A stretch of DNA of 64,000 nucleotides from a virus, in the IMG/VR virus record IMGVR_UViG_3300015202_000003, positions 21,413 through 85,412 of that record; one strand, 5' to 3'. Made by a program: the position numbers and the translations under genes. A model generated the notes under the pieces. It did no database searches. It was not told the origin of the DNA and saw nothing but the letters and a program-made list of their open reading frames with translations. Below, one piece after another: positions 38,224 through 47,423 of the stretch (its first letter is position 1; each line of letters starts with the position of its first letter).

Positions 38224-38261
38224 GTTAGTTGGGAAATTTTAAACGATAAAGAGACAACACC

Positions 38262-38495
38262 GTGAAAAAATCTAAACAGGGAAAAATTCCAACTTTTCAA
38301 GAATTAGTGGTTAAAAGCAAAATCGTAACGCATAAACCAACTCAAACCCACGAAAACAAAAAACTAAAAATAGAACAAAAAACCCTCTTGCAACAAATAA
38401 AGCAAGAGGGTTTTTTTTATGGATTTAAATTAAATTTTTATTCTCGCTCTCTAAAACATATTTTTATTAAAAGAGAAGGTTTGTTTTTCCTTTAA
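38262..38495 (+). CDS. Hypothetical protein
   Basis: ORF track. Confidence 0.45.
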   Translation: MKKSKQGKIPTFQELVVKSKIVTHKPTQTHENKKLKIEQKTLLQQIKQEGFFYGFKLNFYSRSLKHIFIKREGLFFL

Positions 38496-38670
38496 GGGAG
38501 AGGTAGTTGTCGATCCCTTTCTGATGTTCTTTTAAATAAGAAATTGCGCCTCTCGAATTTGAAATCTATAAAGCATCTTTAGCTACAAACCAAGGTTCAT
38601 CAACAGTTACGTAAACAGGTATCGGCATAGATTCAAACTTTAAAATGCTTAAAGGGTTGTTTTTTAACAT
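38467..38670 (-). pseudogene. BRO-N (antirepressor-like) pseudogene
   Basis: MLKNNPLSILKFESMPIPVYVTVDEPWFVAKDAL*ISNSRGAISYLKEHQKGIDNYLSLKGKTNLLF*; TAG at 38566-38568. Confidence 0.75.
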
Positions 38671-39097
38671 AGAATCTTAGTTTAACAGTCTTGTAAAACC
38701 TGCTTTTCAATCTCTTTTCTATTTAAAAAAGTCTCTTCGGACAACTTTTCATAGAAAACCATCTAAACCCATTTGAACGTAACATTGTTAATAGAACTTT
38801 AGGAGTTTGAGTTTAACAATTGTTTTATTTTAAAGAGATAAAAACGAAATAAAGCCCTCTAAAACAGTCTTTTTAAAAGATAAAAACATATAAAACCGTT
38901 CAAAAACACTTTTTCCAACCTTAAAATCCTTAATTTTATTAAAAACAGACTATTTTAACCCTCTTTTCTTTTTTAAAAACACCCTTATAGTTATGTCAAT
39001 TTAAAACCTCTCTCTTTTCTATTTTATTTAACCCTCAATAGTTATCTAAATTTTAAAATATCGATTTACGATATGAATTAACAACAAAAATAGTTAT

Positions 39098-39445
39098 AGC
39101 CCGCATCTCTAAATTGGGAGAAGGGGCTTCTTTTTTCATCAAAGAGTAGAGGGAAAAGAGGTCGTTAATCTCTTTTACATATCTCTCCAAGCAGATATTC
39201 ACCTGAAGGTATCGGGATAGAACCCTTGAGCCTTTTTAAAATCGTTTTTAAGAAAAGATTAAATAGAACACTTAGCTTGCTGTTCGTTCTCTCTTCTGTT
39301 AAAACTAAGACCCGCTTTTGATTTGCAAGTCCCTTTTGGGATTACCAGTCCTATAAAGGGAGCAAACCAACGTCAAAAGCATGACGTTAATTTTCAGTAA
39401 AGCCGATGGGGATAGAAAAGATTGACGTCTAATCTACCCCCACTC
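39098..39445. ncRNA. Candidate structured non-coding element (hairpin cluster); function and strand unknown
   Basis: At least five hairpins in a GC-elevated, ORF-free stretch. Confidence 0.3.
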
Positions 39446-40666
39446 AAAACTAACTAAAAACTAACATTAAAAATCTTACCACAAGAAGGTGAAAAATGCA
39501 AGTTTTACGAAACAACAGTCCTTGAAAATAAAATAAAAACGAGAAGAGACAGAAAATGAGCGTGAAAAACTCGTTGTCAGAGCTAACCAATGGGCCGAAA
39601 GAGATGGTTTTTAGAAATAAAAACCCTACAACGGAGGAGAGAGAATAGTTGTTTTCTCTCGGCTTTTACGGGCTTATTGAAAAGCACATCAAACCGATTA
39701 AAGAAACTTAAATGGGAACCCTGCTTAAAAACCAAAAAAATAATCTCGATCTCACTATAATAAAAACCAATTCCGTTTCGTTCTTTGTGTGTAAAGAACC
39801 CCGTTCTTGGCTTTGTTTAAAAAGACAGACAACGCACCCTCCAGAGAGGAGAGGGAGTGAAACTTAGAGATTCGTTCAAAGAGTTTCCAAACTACAATAA
39901 AATAATCTTCCATGATTCGCGGGACTTAAAACATCCTCCTTAGAGAAGAATATGTTGGAAGTTACTAAAAAACCCTTTTAGTTCTTAAAAAAACAAAAGG
40001 GTTTTTTAGGTTTTTCTTTTAAAAAATTAACATGAAAAATCTCAAACAAGAAATGAAAAGACAGCAAGAAAAAACGGAACTGAGGATTTTCACTCTAAAT
40101 AACCGGGACTTAAACCCAAATTCAATCAGAAGATATAATAGGAATTTAAGAATAAAAGAGAAATAGGAGAAATACGGGGAAAAATCCAAAAAGCTAATTT
40201 TTACCCATAATAAAAACTAATTCTGTTAGTTTTATAGATAGATATATATTCTGTTTATATATCTGATTTAATAAGAAATAGAAAATTAAAGAAAAATAAT
40301 TAAAATAAAAACCTAATAGGAATTGGGAATAAAACCTAATATCTTTTAAATTCCGTTTATTTCTCTGGTTTGGGTTTTTTGGATTCTTGTTATAATTTCT
40401 TGTGTTGAGATTTAAAAAACTTTTTTACGATTTACGGGAATTGGAATTTAGTTTTTAAGTCCGCTATTTTCCACTCTTTTTTTTAAGTTGGAATTTTAAG
40501 AAAAAGATTCTGAGATTTCTTTTGATTGTGTTTCTCCCGTTCACGTTAATTCTTTGGTGAGAGAAAAGTCCGAAGAGACTTTTTCAAAATTAAATTAAAC
40601 AAGGAAAAAATTTGAAATTCTATCTCCCCCCAATTCCGCCTGTCCCCCTCTTTTCTTTTTTGGTTT

Positions 40667-40786
40667 GAAATAGAGATTTAAAATTTAAAGATTGGAAATA
40701 GAGATTTAAAATTTAAAGATTGGAAATAGAGATTTAAAATTTAAAGATTGGAAATAGAGATTTAAAATTTAAAGATTGGAAATAGA
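40667..40786 (+). repeat. 28-bp perfect tandem repeat x4.3 (iteron-like)
   Basis: gaaatagagatttaaaatttaaagattg at 40667, 40695, 40723, 40751, plus 8 nt. Confidence 0.95.
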
Positions 40787-41105
40787 TCGTTTTAAACAGC
40801 CGAAAAACCTAGTAGACGTATCCAACTTCATTTTCGGGCTAAGAACGTCAGGAATCGGCTTTAGAACGAAAAAGAGCGTTATTTTTAAAGATAATCTAAG
40901 ACCGTGTTTAGATTTTAGAGGTTTAGGTTTTGAAACAAGGGTTATTTTTTAAAACCCGTTAAGAAATTTAAAAAAATCAAGAATTTCTACTTTAAATTTT
41001 GAGACTTGGTTTTTCCGTTGAAAATTAATTTTCTCAAACCCCTTGTAATTTTAGTTTCTATCTGTTAGAATTTTTCTTGTTCCTTTTCCCAATCAAAAAA
41101 AAATC

Positions 41106-41303
41106 ATGTCCGCAGAAATAACCATTGAAATTCCTCAAGTAGATTCACCCAATATTCAAAAGGGTTTAGATTCTCTTACTCCTGAACAAATTACACATTC
41201 GTTAGAAGTTGTTCCTCAGACTGGGCAAATTGGAAATTCTTCTCCGTCTTACGAAGAACCTGTAACTTTGATTAAAACCGTTGCAACAGAGATTTCGGAG
41301 TAG
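41106..41303 (+). CDS. Hypothetical protein
   Basis: ORF track. Confidence 0.5.
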   Translation: MSAEITIEIPQVDSPNIQKGLDSLTPEQITHSLEVVPQTGQIGNSSPSYEEPVTLIKTVATEISE

Positions 41304-41356
41304 GTTTTTAAATTGCGATGGTTAGAGAAAAATTAGTTGGATCATTTAATTAAATT

Positions 41357-41503
41357 ATGTTAGAAACAATTGCAATCGTTCTTTTTATTCTTTGGATTTT
41401 AGGTTTAATCACTCATGTTGGTGGCGCTTTAATTCATATTCTTTTGGTTTTGGTTCTCCTTTCTTTTGTTGTTAAAATAGTTCGGGGCCGTTCAATTCTT
41501 TAA
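41357..41503 (+). CDS. lmo0937/DUF5670-like small membrane protein (48 aa, not in ORF track)
   Basis: MLETIAIVLFILWILGLITHVGGALIHILLVLVLLSFVVKIVRGRSIL. Confidence 0.75.
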   Translation: MLETIAIVLFILWILGLITHVGGALIHILLVLVLLSFVVKIVRGRSIL

Positions 41504-41569
41504 ATTAACAGAAGAATTTTCGTTCTTTTTAAGAGCCGTAAAAGACAGTTCAAATTTCGCTTTCCTATC

Positions 41570-41884
41570 GTGTCTAATTCCATTCAAAATTTAAATGTAG
41601 AAGAAAGTTTTCAAGAGGTTGTTAATGACACGGAAAATCTTTCTCTTGAAGAATTATTAAAATTTCATTCTAAATCTGAAGAGGTAGGAAGAAGATTTAA
41701 TAATTTTAAGGCGTGGTGGGGAGAGGATAGAAAGAAGAAAAAAGAAGAGGACGCTAAGTATAAAGAAATAGATTTGAGCGGTAGTAGATACGACACTTAC
41801 GGATATAGGGAAAGAGAGGAGCGCCAAATGGAAAGGGATTTTAATGGTGAGATAGAACCTCTTTTTCCAGAAGACGGTAGTTAG
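41570..41884 (+). CDS. Hypothetical charged protein
   Basis: ORF track. Confidence 0.55.
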   Translation: MSNSIQNLNVEESFQEVVNDTENLSLEELLKFHSKSEEVGRRFNNFKAWWGEDRKKKKEEDAKYKEIDLSGSRYDTYGYREREERQMERDFNGEIEPLFPEDGS

Positions 41885-41900
41885 GTTAAAAATAAATAAA

Positions 41901-41940
41901 CAAAAAACCTTTTGATTTAAGAACATCAAAAGGTTTTTTG
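41901..41940. terminator. Bidirectional terminator
   Basis: caaaaaaccttttgat / atcaaaaggttttttg. Confidence 0.8.
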
Positions 41941-41944
41941 TATT

Positions 41945-42430
41945 TTAAGAATTTAAAAAATTAATTAGATACAGATTAGCTTTGATTAGGTTTTCTGGAT
42001 TATCTTTAAATAGACCTAAAGCCAAGTTACATTTTGAACAAAGAACGCCTCGAAATTTTAGAGTTGAATGACAATGATCAATGGACAGCTTACGATTATT
42101 GATTTCTCGTTCTCCACAAATATCACATTGACCGTTATGTTCTAAAATAATTTTTTCAATTTCTTCTAAATTCAAACCATACCTTTTCCAATTTATTTTT
42201 CTTTTACGTTCATTTTCGCACTCTTTACATTTTGAACGTCTTTTGATTTTTCTATCTTCTTTTTTGTTTTCTTCATTATCTCTCAAACTAAAATTTTCAA
42301 TTGATTGTTTTAATTTACACCCATAACAAACTTTTTCTTCTGGTTCTTTTTTTCTACAGCTAAGACAATTTTTAGATCTGTATTCTTTCGGGCCAGAACA
42401 CAGAGGACAAATTTTATTTGAAATTTCCAT
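41945..42430 (-). CDS. Endonuclease VII-type HNH endonuclease with N-terminal Zn ribbons
   Basis: QCDICG...LSIDHCHST..FRGVLCSKCNLALGLFKDN. Confidence 0.9.
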   Translation of the reverse strand: MEISNKICPLCSGPKEYRSKNCLSCRKKEPEEKVCYGCKLKQSIENFSLRDNEENKKEDRKIKRRSKCKECENERKRKINWKRYGLNLEEIEKIILEHNGQCDICGEREINNRKLSIDHCHSTLKFRGVLCSKCNLALGLFKDNPENLIKANLYLINFLNS

Positions 42431-42636
42431 TAAAAATTAAAAGAGTAAAAAAATAAAAACATAACAAATTAACGCAACTATTTTTATTTTAAAAACTCAG
42501 TTTAAGTTTATTTCTATAATAAGTCAAACCGAGTCAAATTTTTTTTCTCATGCTTCTGTATAGGTGTTAGATTGAAAGAGGGCGACGAAAAAAGGAGAGA
42601 AATTAAATTAGATAGATTAAGGAATTGAATTTAAAA

Positions 42637-42801
42637 ATGAAAAACAAAGAATCAAAGGGAATTTCTCTTTTAATGGCAGTAGGAGCTTCTTTAGCTGTTC
42701 AACTTTCTTGGGAAGCTGTTCATTCGGTTCCTTGGGCTATTTTGCACGGTCTATTGAATTGGGTTTACGTTCTTTACCGTTGGCTTGTTGTTGGAGTTTG
42801 A
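42637..42801 (+). CDS. Small membrane protein (54 aa, not in ORF track)
   Basis: MKNKESKGISLLMAVGASLAVQLSWEAVHSVPWAILHGLLNWVYVLYRWLVVGV. Confidence 0.65.
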   Translation: MKNKESKGISLLMAVGASLAVQLSWEAVHSVPWAILHGLLNWVYVLYRWLVVGV

Positions 42802-42822
42802 GGGAGTAAAAAACCTAATAAG

Positions 42823-42880
42823 AATAACTTAAATTAAAAAAGAGAGGAATCTTCGTTCTTCTCTTTTTGTCTTTTAAACG
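42823..42880 (+). repeat. 58-bp exact dispersed repeat (copy 2)
   Basis: Identical to 17695-17752. Confidence 0.9.
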
Positions 42881-43051
42881 GTAGAAGTTTTAATTGGGAA
42901 AAACTCAATCTCAATTAGACATTAGTCGAAATTGTTGTTGTTTTTAATAAAACGGCAAAATTCACATTTACGTTAAACCTTGGTTTAACAGGGGAAAGAG
43001 AGGAAACGGTAGAATTTTTAGACTGATAATTAAAAGATTTACAAAAGAAGA

Positions 43052-44128
43052 TTGTATTCAAGAAAAGATGGTAGGAAAAATAAAATGTTAGAGATTCCAA
43101 TTTTACCTGTAGACCAATTAATGAATCCCACTTTGTTTTGGGATGTTTTTCAAAAAGAAATAGAGAAGGATTACTTAACTTCTTTAAACAGCTTGCCTCT
43201 GTTTCAGTCTTTAATTTCCAAGGGAAAATATTCGGCTCAGATTCAAAAATCAACTCGTTATCTTTTTCATATCAATTCAAACAAAGTTTCTCTTTACCCT
43301 GCTACAGAAACAGGTTCTGGTTTTCCTAAACACTTTGGAATAGAAAAAGATGCAAGTTGGGGTATTTCTGTTTGTTTTGAATCTTTAAAACAAAATGAAA
43401 ATTTACATGGCTTTTACGAGTGCGAGTTAATTAAAGAGAAAAATAAAAGTGGCAATGGGTTTTTCAACAGAAACATTTTTAAATTTGAAATCAAAGATGT
43501 TTTAGAATATAAAAATGAAACGACTCAATATTGGCCTTGGCGGGATAGATTAGATTTAATTTTAAGTCTTAAAAATCAAGACAAGTTATTTTCAGTTCCT
43601 GAAGAGAGTGTAGATTTTTTAAATTTCAATTCTCCTATTGAATCTCTCAAAGAATTTTCCATTGAAAATTTAAAAAGCAATAGGAATGTTATTTTAAAAG
43701 AGAACTCTGGAATATACGAAACTTTAAAAACCAGAGGGGCTAAATTTAGGTGTTTAGCTCTCCGTTCTTTTTTTGAAGTAGACGTTGTTTTCAATTCAAA
43801 ATTTTATAATCGATTAGTTTCAAATCAAATAGAAACTCCTTCTTATCTTCAAGAAGGGGAAATTTTAGATGTGATTTACGATAAAAAGACAGCTAAAAAT
43901 ACGGGTCTTTGCAACGGTTTAAAAATTAAAATGAAAGATACTCAAAAAGAGAAGGAAATTTGTTCTCTTCCAAAAACTTTCAGAAGGGAGGTTCTTTCAA
44001 AAACTGATTCTAAATCTCATTTTTATTTGAACCCCTTGTTTAAAAACAGAAAAGTTTGGATAGAAGAAGTTTTACAAACCCGAAATTTAAGGGAGAGATT
44101 AGTTGGGATAGAAAATTATTTAATTTAG
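43052..44128 (+). CDS. Degenerate ATP-dependent DNA ligase-like protein (start probably ATG 43085)
   Basis: Order of AQIQKSTRY.FH, YECEL, FEIKDVL, WRDRLDL, VILKENSGIY, EVDVV parallels ligase motifs I-V; KxDG and EG are altered. Confidence 0.4.
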   Translation: MYSRKDGRKNKMLEIPILPVDQLMNPTLFWDVFQKEIEKDYLTSLNSLPLFQSLISKGKYSAQIQKSTRYLFHINSNKVSLYPATETGSGFPKHFGIEKDASWGISVCFESLKQNENLHGFYECELIKEKNKSGNGFFNRNIFKFEIKDVLEYKNETTQYWPWRDRLDLILSLKNQDKLFSVPEESVDFLNFNSPIESLKEFSIENLKSNRNVILKENSGIYETLKTRGAKFRCLALRSFFEVDVVFNSKFYNRLVSNQIETPSYLQEGEILDVIYDKKTAKNTGLCNGLKIKMKDTQKEKEICSLPKTFRREVLSKTDSKSHFYLNPLFKNRKVWIEEVLQTRNLRERLVGIENYLI

Positions 44129-44188
44129 TTTATTTCTTAAATTATAAATAGAAGAGTTTCTATCTTTTTTTATTCGTTTTTAAATCTA

Positions 44189-44830
44189 ATGCACAAATTT
44201 CATTTTTCAGAAAATTTAAAGCCTATGGGTTCAGGGTATGGTTTAACCCAAGGAAAAGAGAATTTCGTAGAAGTCGTTTCTAAATTGGGTTCAAAGAATT
44301 GGAACACGATTACAAGAAAAAATCAACAAAGAATCGTCAAAAAAACTTTGAAGGTTCCAATTGAAGCGGAGGTTTTCGGAGATGATAAATCTTTGTTTTC
44401 TTTTTCTTCTCTTTCTACTTACGATTACATATTAGATTCCAAGTCCGAATATAAACACCCGTTTGATTTCGATTCAAATTTTAAAATTTTTTTGACTTCT
44501 TCCAAAGAGCCGCGAGTAGAAAAAACTCTAATAGAAAAACAGGGTTTTTGGTTTGGGGTTCAAACAAAGTTTAAAGATTCTAAGATTAATTTTTTATTGG
44601 GAGAAACCGTTTCTAAATTTGTTTTAGGAGAAGAGTTTGAAATGAAAGTGAATTGGGGGGACATCTATTTTGTCAAAGATAAGTTGTTTGTTTCTTTACC
44701 GTCCAAATTTAATTTAGAGAACTCTCCCTCTCTTCAAGCAGAAATTTTAGATTACGGTTTATTTTTTCAAAGCATAGTAAAAAATTTAGGTTTGGTTTCT
44801 CATCAATGGAATCCTTTTGTTTTAAAATGA
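44189..44830 (+). CDS. Hypothetical protein
   Basis: ORF track 213 aa. Confidence 0.65.
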   Translation: MHKFHFSENLKPMGSGYGLTQGKENFVEVVSKLGSKNWNTITRKNQQRIVKKTLKVPIEAEVFGDDKSLFSFSSLSTYDYILDSKSEYKHPFDFDSNFKIFLTSSKEPRVEKTLIEKQGFWFGVQTKFKDSKINFLLGETVSKFVLGEEFEMKVNWGDIYFVKDKLFVSLPSKFNLENSPSLQAEILDYGLFFQSIVKNLGLVSHQWNPFVLK

Positions 44831-44961
44831 GTCGGAAGAAGAAATAACAAAAAAAGACTGTAGTAAAAAACACATCGAATTAATTTTCTTTGTGTTTTTT
44901 TTAATTTCTGTTATAATGATTTTAGCGACTTCTTTTGTGTTTTTAAAACGTTTAAATAAAT

Positions 44962-46173
44962 ATGAGTTTTTATTCAGATAACCAATACAATCCACAACCC
45001 GTTTATTACGAAGATTTAAACAAAAAAGAAAAGGAGAAGAAGTTCTCTTGGAAAAGAGTTTTAGGTTTTTTCTTTAAATTAAATCTCACTCTGTTCTCAT
45101 TTTTTATTTTGTGGTTTTGGTGGGGCACAGTTCCTCATCCCAAAATTTTACTTCGTAAAAAAACAAACTCTAATCAGATTTTAAATTTGAATTTAAAATC
45201 CTCTTTCATAAAGAAAAGCGGAAAGAAGAAAACCAGATTCAAATTCAAATTTATGGCTAACAACATCATCGTCTCCGGCGCCGGAACTGCCTCCGCCAAC
45301 GGCACATATACGCCCAATACTGCTAACTTGGCATCTCCTGCCAGAAATATTCCGCTCTTTGCAATGGCGGGCGGTGCCAACTTCTACCTATACGATTACT
45401 CGGCAGGCACAAGTGGAGCTGGAGCTTGTGCGTGGGCAGTGGGGCCAGATTCTACAAACGCAAACAGATGGTATGGGACTTCCACTTATTACTCGTCTTT
45501 TGCGGCTGCGCTTACAGCAGGGCCACAGGCGTCTACTTACACAGTCGTCGCTGGCACCGCTCCCGTTCCTACCGTCATATCGCAAGCCGCAGGACCAACT
45601 GGAAATGAATCTGGGCCTTCAAATGTTTCTAATGCAACTCCTCAAGTTCCGCTTCCCGGTGCCCCAACTTCGCTTACGGCAGCTTTTGCTTTAGCAATGG
45701 TTACTGGAAACCCAATTGCTCCAACTGCTAACTTAGCATGGGTAGCTCCTTCTGGGGGTCAAGCCGCAACTTCATACAATGTTCATAGAGGGACAACTGT
45801 AGGAGGCGAAAATACAACGCCTTTAGCAACTGGAATTACGGGTTTAACTTATACAGATACAACTCCCTTAAACGCAACAACATATTTTTATGTAGTGGAC
45901 GCGGTAGACGCTGCGGGAGAGGGTATTGCTTCTAACGAAGTGGGTATTAAAACGGCAACTCTACCTCCAACAACCTTAGCTGTTACTGGTTCAAACGGCT
46001 CTGCTTCTCTTTTGTGGACGGGAGCAACTGGAGCTATTAACTATAATGTAAAACGTTCTTTAAGCGCGGGCGGAACATTTACAACAATAGCTACGGTTGC
46101 TACAACAACCTATACTGATACATCTGTAACAAACGGCACAACCTATTACTACGAAGTCACGGCTTTGGATTAA
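44962..46173 (+). CDS. Membrane-anchored FN3-repeat surface protein A; last FN3 lacks its final strand
   Basis: N-terminal TM; internal MANNIIVSGAG domain; W...Y.V.R...YTD...YFY.V.AV FN3 patterns; ends YYYEVTALD. Confidence 0.75.
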   Translation: MSFYSDNQYNPQPVYYEDLNKKEKEKKFSWKRVLGFFFKLNLTLFSFFILWFWWGTVPHPKILLRKKTNSNQILNLNLKSSFIKKSGKKKTRFKFKFMANNIIVSGAGTASANGTYTPNTANLASPARNIPLFAMAGGANFYLYDYSAGTSGAGACAWAVGPDSTNANRWYGTSTYYSSFAAALTAGPQASTYTVVAGTAPVPTVISQAAGPTGNESGPSNVSNATPQVPLPGAPTSLTAAFALAMVTGNPIAPTANLAWVAPSGGQAATSYNVHRGTTVGGENTTPLATGITGLTYTDTTPLNATTYFYVVDAVDAAGEGIASNEVGIKTATLPPTTLAVTGSNGSASLLWTGATGAINYNVKRSLSAGGTFTTIATVATTTYTDTSVTNGTTYYYEVTALD

Positions 46174-46199
46174 GGTTTATTAGTTTGATGAGAGAAATT

Positions 46200-46235
46200 A
46201 AAAAGAGAGGTTTTCAAAAAAACCTCTCTTTTTTT
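46200..46235 (+). terminator. Terminator between the two FN3 genes
   Basis: aaaaagagaggttt / aaacctctcttttt followed by Ts. Confidence 0.8.
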
Positions 46236-46255
46236 ACAGTTTTTTTATTAGTTTA

Positions 46256-47386
46256 ATGAGAGAAAGTAAAAAGAGTAGAAATTTAATTAAAGTCGGAGTA
46301 GGTTTATTTTTAGGGTTGGGGTTTTTAAAAGATATTTTTTATTTTCCTTCATCTCGTTCTTTACCTTCTTCCATATCAAAACCTTTACCTACTTCTTCTC
46401 CGGAAAAGTTAAAAAACTATAAAGAAATAGATAAGTGGTTAAAGGAAACCAGTAAGAAGAGAGGACGTAAAAAATTTAAGGAAAGAAGAAAACCAGATTC
46501 AAATTTAAAATTTATGGCTAACAACATCATCGTAAGCGGCGCAGGAACTGCCTCCGCCAACGGAACATACACGCCCAATACTGCTAACTTGGCGTCTCCT
46601 ACTCCCTTCACCCCGATGTATGCAATGGCGAGCGGTGCGTGCTTATATGTGTTTAGTCCCAGCGCTGGATATTTTTTCTGGGCGTTTGGCACCTCCACCG
46701 CAGCCATCTCCGGCAACACCGCCGGGTTGTATACCTCAGGCTTTTCTTGGACCACTCTCGCCGCCGCTATCGCAGCAGGGCCACAAGGATTAACATACGT
46801 AGTATCTTCTGGCACCGCTCCCGTCCCTACCGTCACCCAAGCCGCTGCCGCAACGGTTCCCAACTCTCCTACAAATTTAACAATAGTTTCAACATTTGGT
46901 TTAGTTACTGGAAATTCAAATGCTCCTATTATAAATTTAACATGGGTAGCTCCTGCTTCGGGGTCTACGGTTGTTTCATATTCAATTTTTAGAGGGACAA
47001 CTACGGGAGGAGAATCAGCAACACCTTTAGCAACGGGTGTAACGGGTTTAACATATTCTGACACTACAGTAAATAATAACACGACATATTTTTACACGGC
47101 TCAAGCGGTTAATTCGGGCGGGAACTCGGTTTCTTCTAATGAAGCCACAATTAAATCTGTCACAATTCCGCCTTCTGTTTTAGTAGCTGTAAAAGGAAAT
47201 ACAATTATAAATTTAACATGGACGGGTTCAACGGGAGCTTCTTCTTATAACATAAAAAGGTCAACAACATCTTCAACGGGGCCATTTACGTTTATAACAA
47301 GTGTTCCCAACACTCAAACAATATATTCGGATACGGGTTTAACTAACGGTCAAATTTATTATTATCAAGTAACGGCTTCGGATTAG
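46256..47386 (+). CDS. Membrane-anchored FN3-repeat surface protein B; last FN3 lacks its final strand
   Basis: N-terminal hydrophobic anchor; same MANNIIVSGAGTASANGTYTPNTANLASP block; ends YYYQVTASD. Confidence 0.75.
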   Translation: MRESKKSRNLIKVGVGLFLGLGFLKDIFYFPSSRSLPSSISKPLPTSSPEKLKNYKEIDKWLKETSKKRGRKKFKERRKPDSNLKFMANNIIVSGAGTASANGTYTPNTANLASPTPFTPMYAMASGACLYVFSPSAGYFFWAFGTSTAAISGNTAGLYTSGFSWTTLAAAIAAGPQGLTYVVSSGTAPVPTVTQAAAATVPNSPTNLTIVSTFGLVTGNSNAPIINLTWVAPASGSTVVSYSIFRGTTTGGESATPLATGVTGLTYSDTTVNNNTTYFYTAQAVNSGGNSVSSNEATIKSVTIPPSVLVAVKGNTIINLTWTGSTGASSYNIKRSTTSSTGPFTFITSVPNTQTIYSDTGLTNGQIYYYQVTASD

Positions 47387-47423
47387 ATTTAAGAATTAAA
47401 AAATAAATCATTAGTTATCTATT

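Noticed and set aside
23360-38568. Genome-wide TAG recoding, suggested by in-frame TAGs at 23360 and 38566
   Set aside because: Long core genes are open in the standard code, and helicase, polymerase and RecA end in TAG followed by hairpins. Internal TGA and TAA stops also occur in decayed genes.
40667-40786. 28-bp repeats as a CRISPR array
   Set aside because: Units are directly adjacent with no spacers, and no cas genes are recognisable.
38700-41100. tRNA genes in the non-coding region
   Set aside because: I found no T-loop GTTCRA with a matching acceptor stem or cloverleaf by eye; tRNAscan-SE would be decisive.
42915-43794. Antisense or alternate-frame ORFs 42915-43253, 43138-43329 and 43576-43794
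   Set aside because: They overlap the longer ligase-like ORF and have no recognisable features.
45253-46860. FN3 paralog pair as a diversity-generating retroelement template/variable pair
   Set aside because: Differences are not adenine-specific and include indels, both copies are coding, and no reverse transcriptase is in the window.
46417-47082. 221-aa antisense ORF and the overlapping ORFs at 45174-45694 and 46747-46992
   Set aside because: Shadow frames of the GC-richer, Thr/Ala/Gly-rich FN3 genes with no protein-like motifs.
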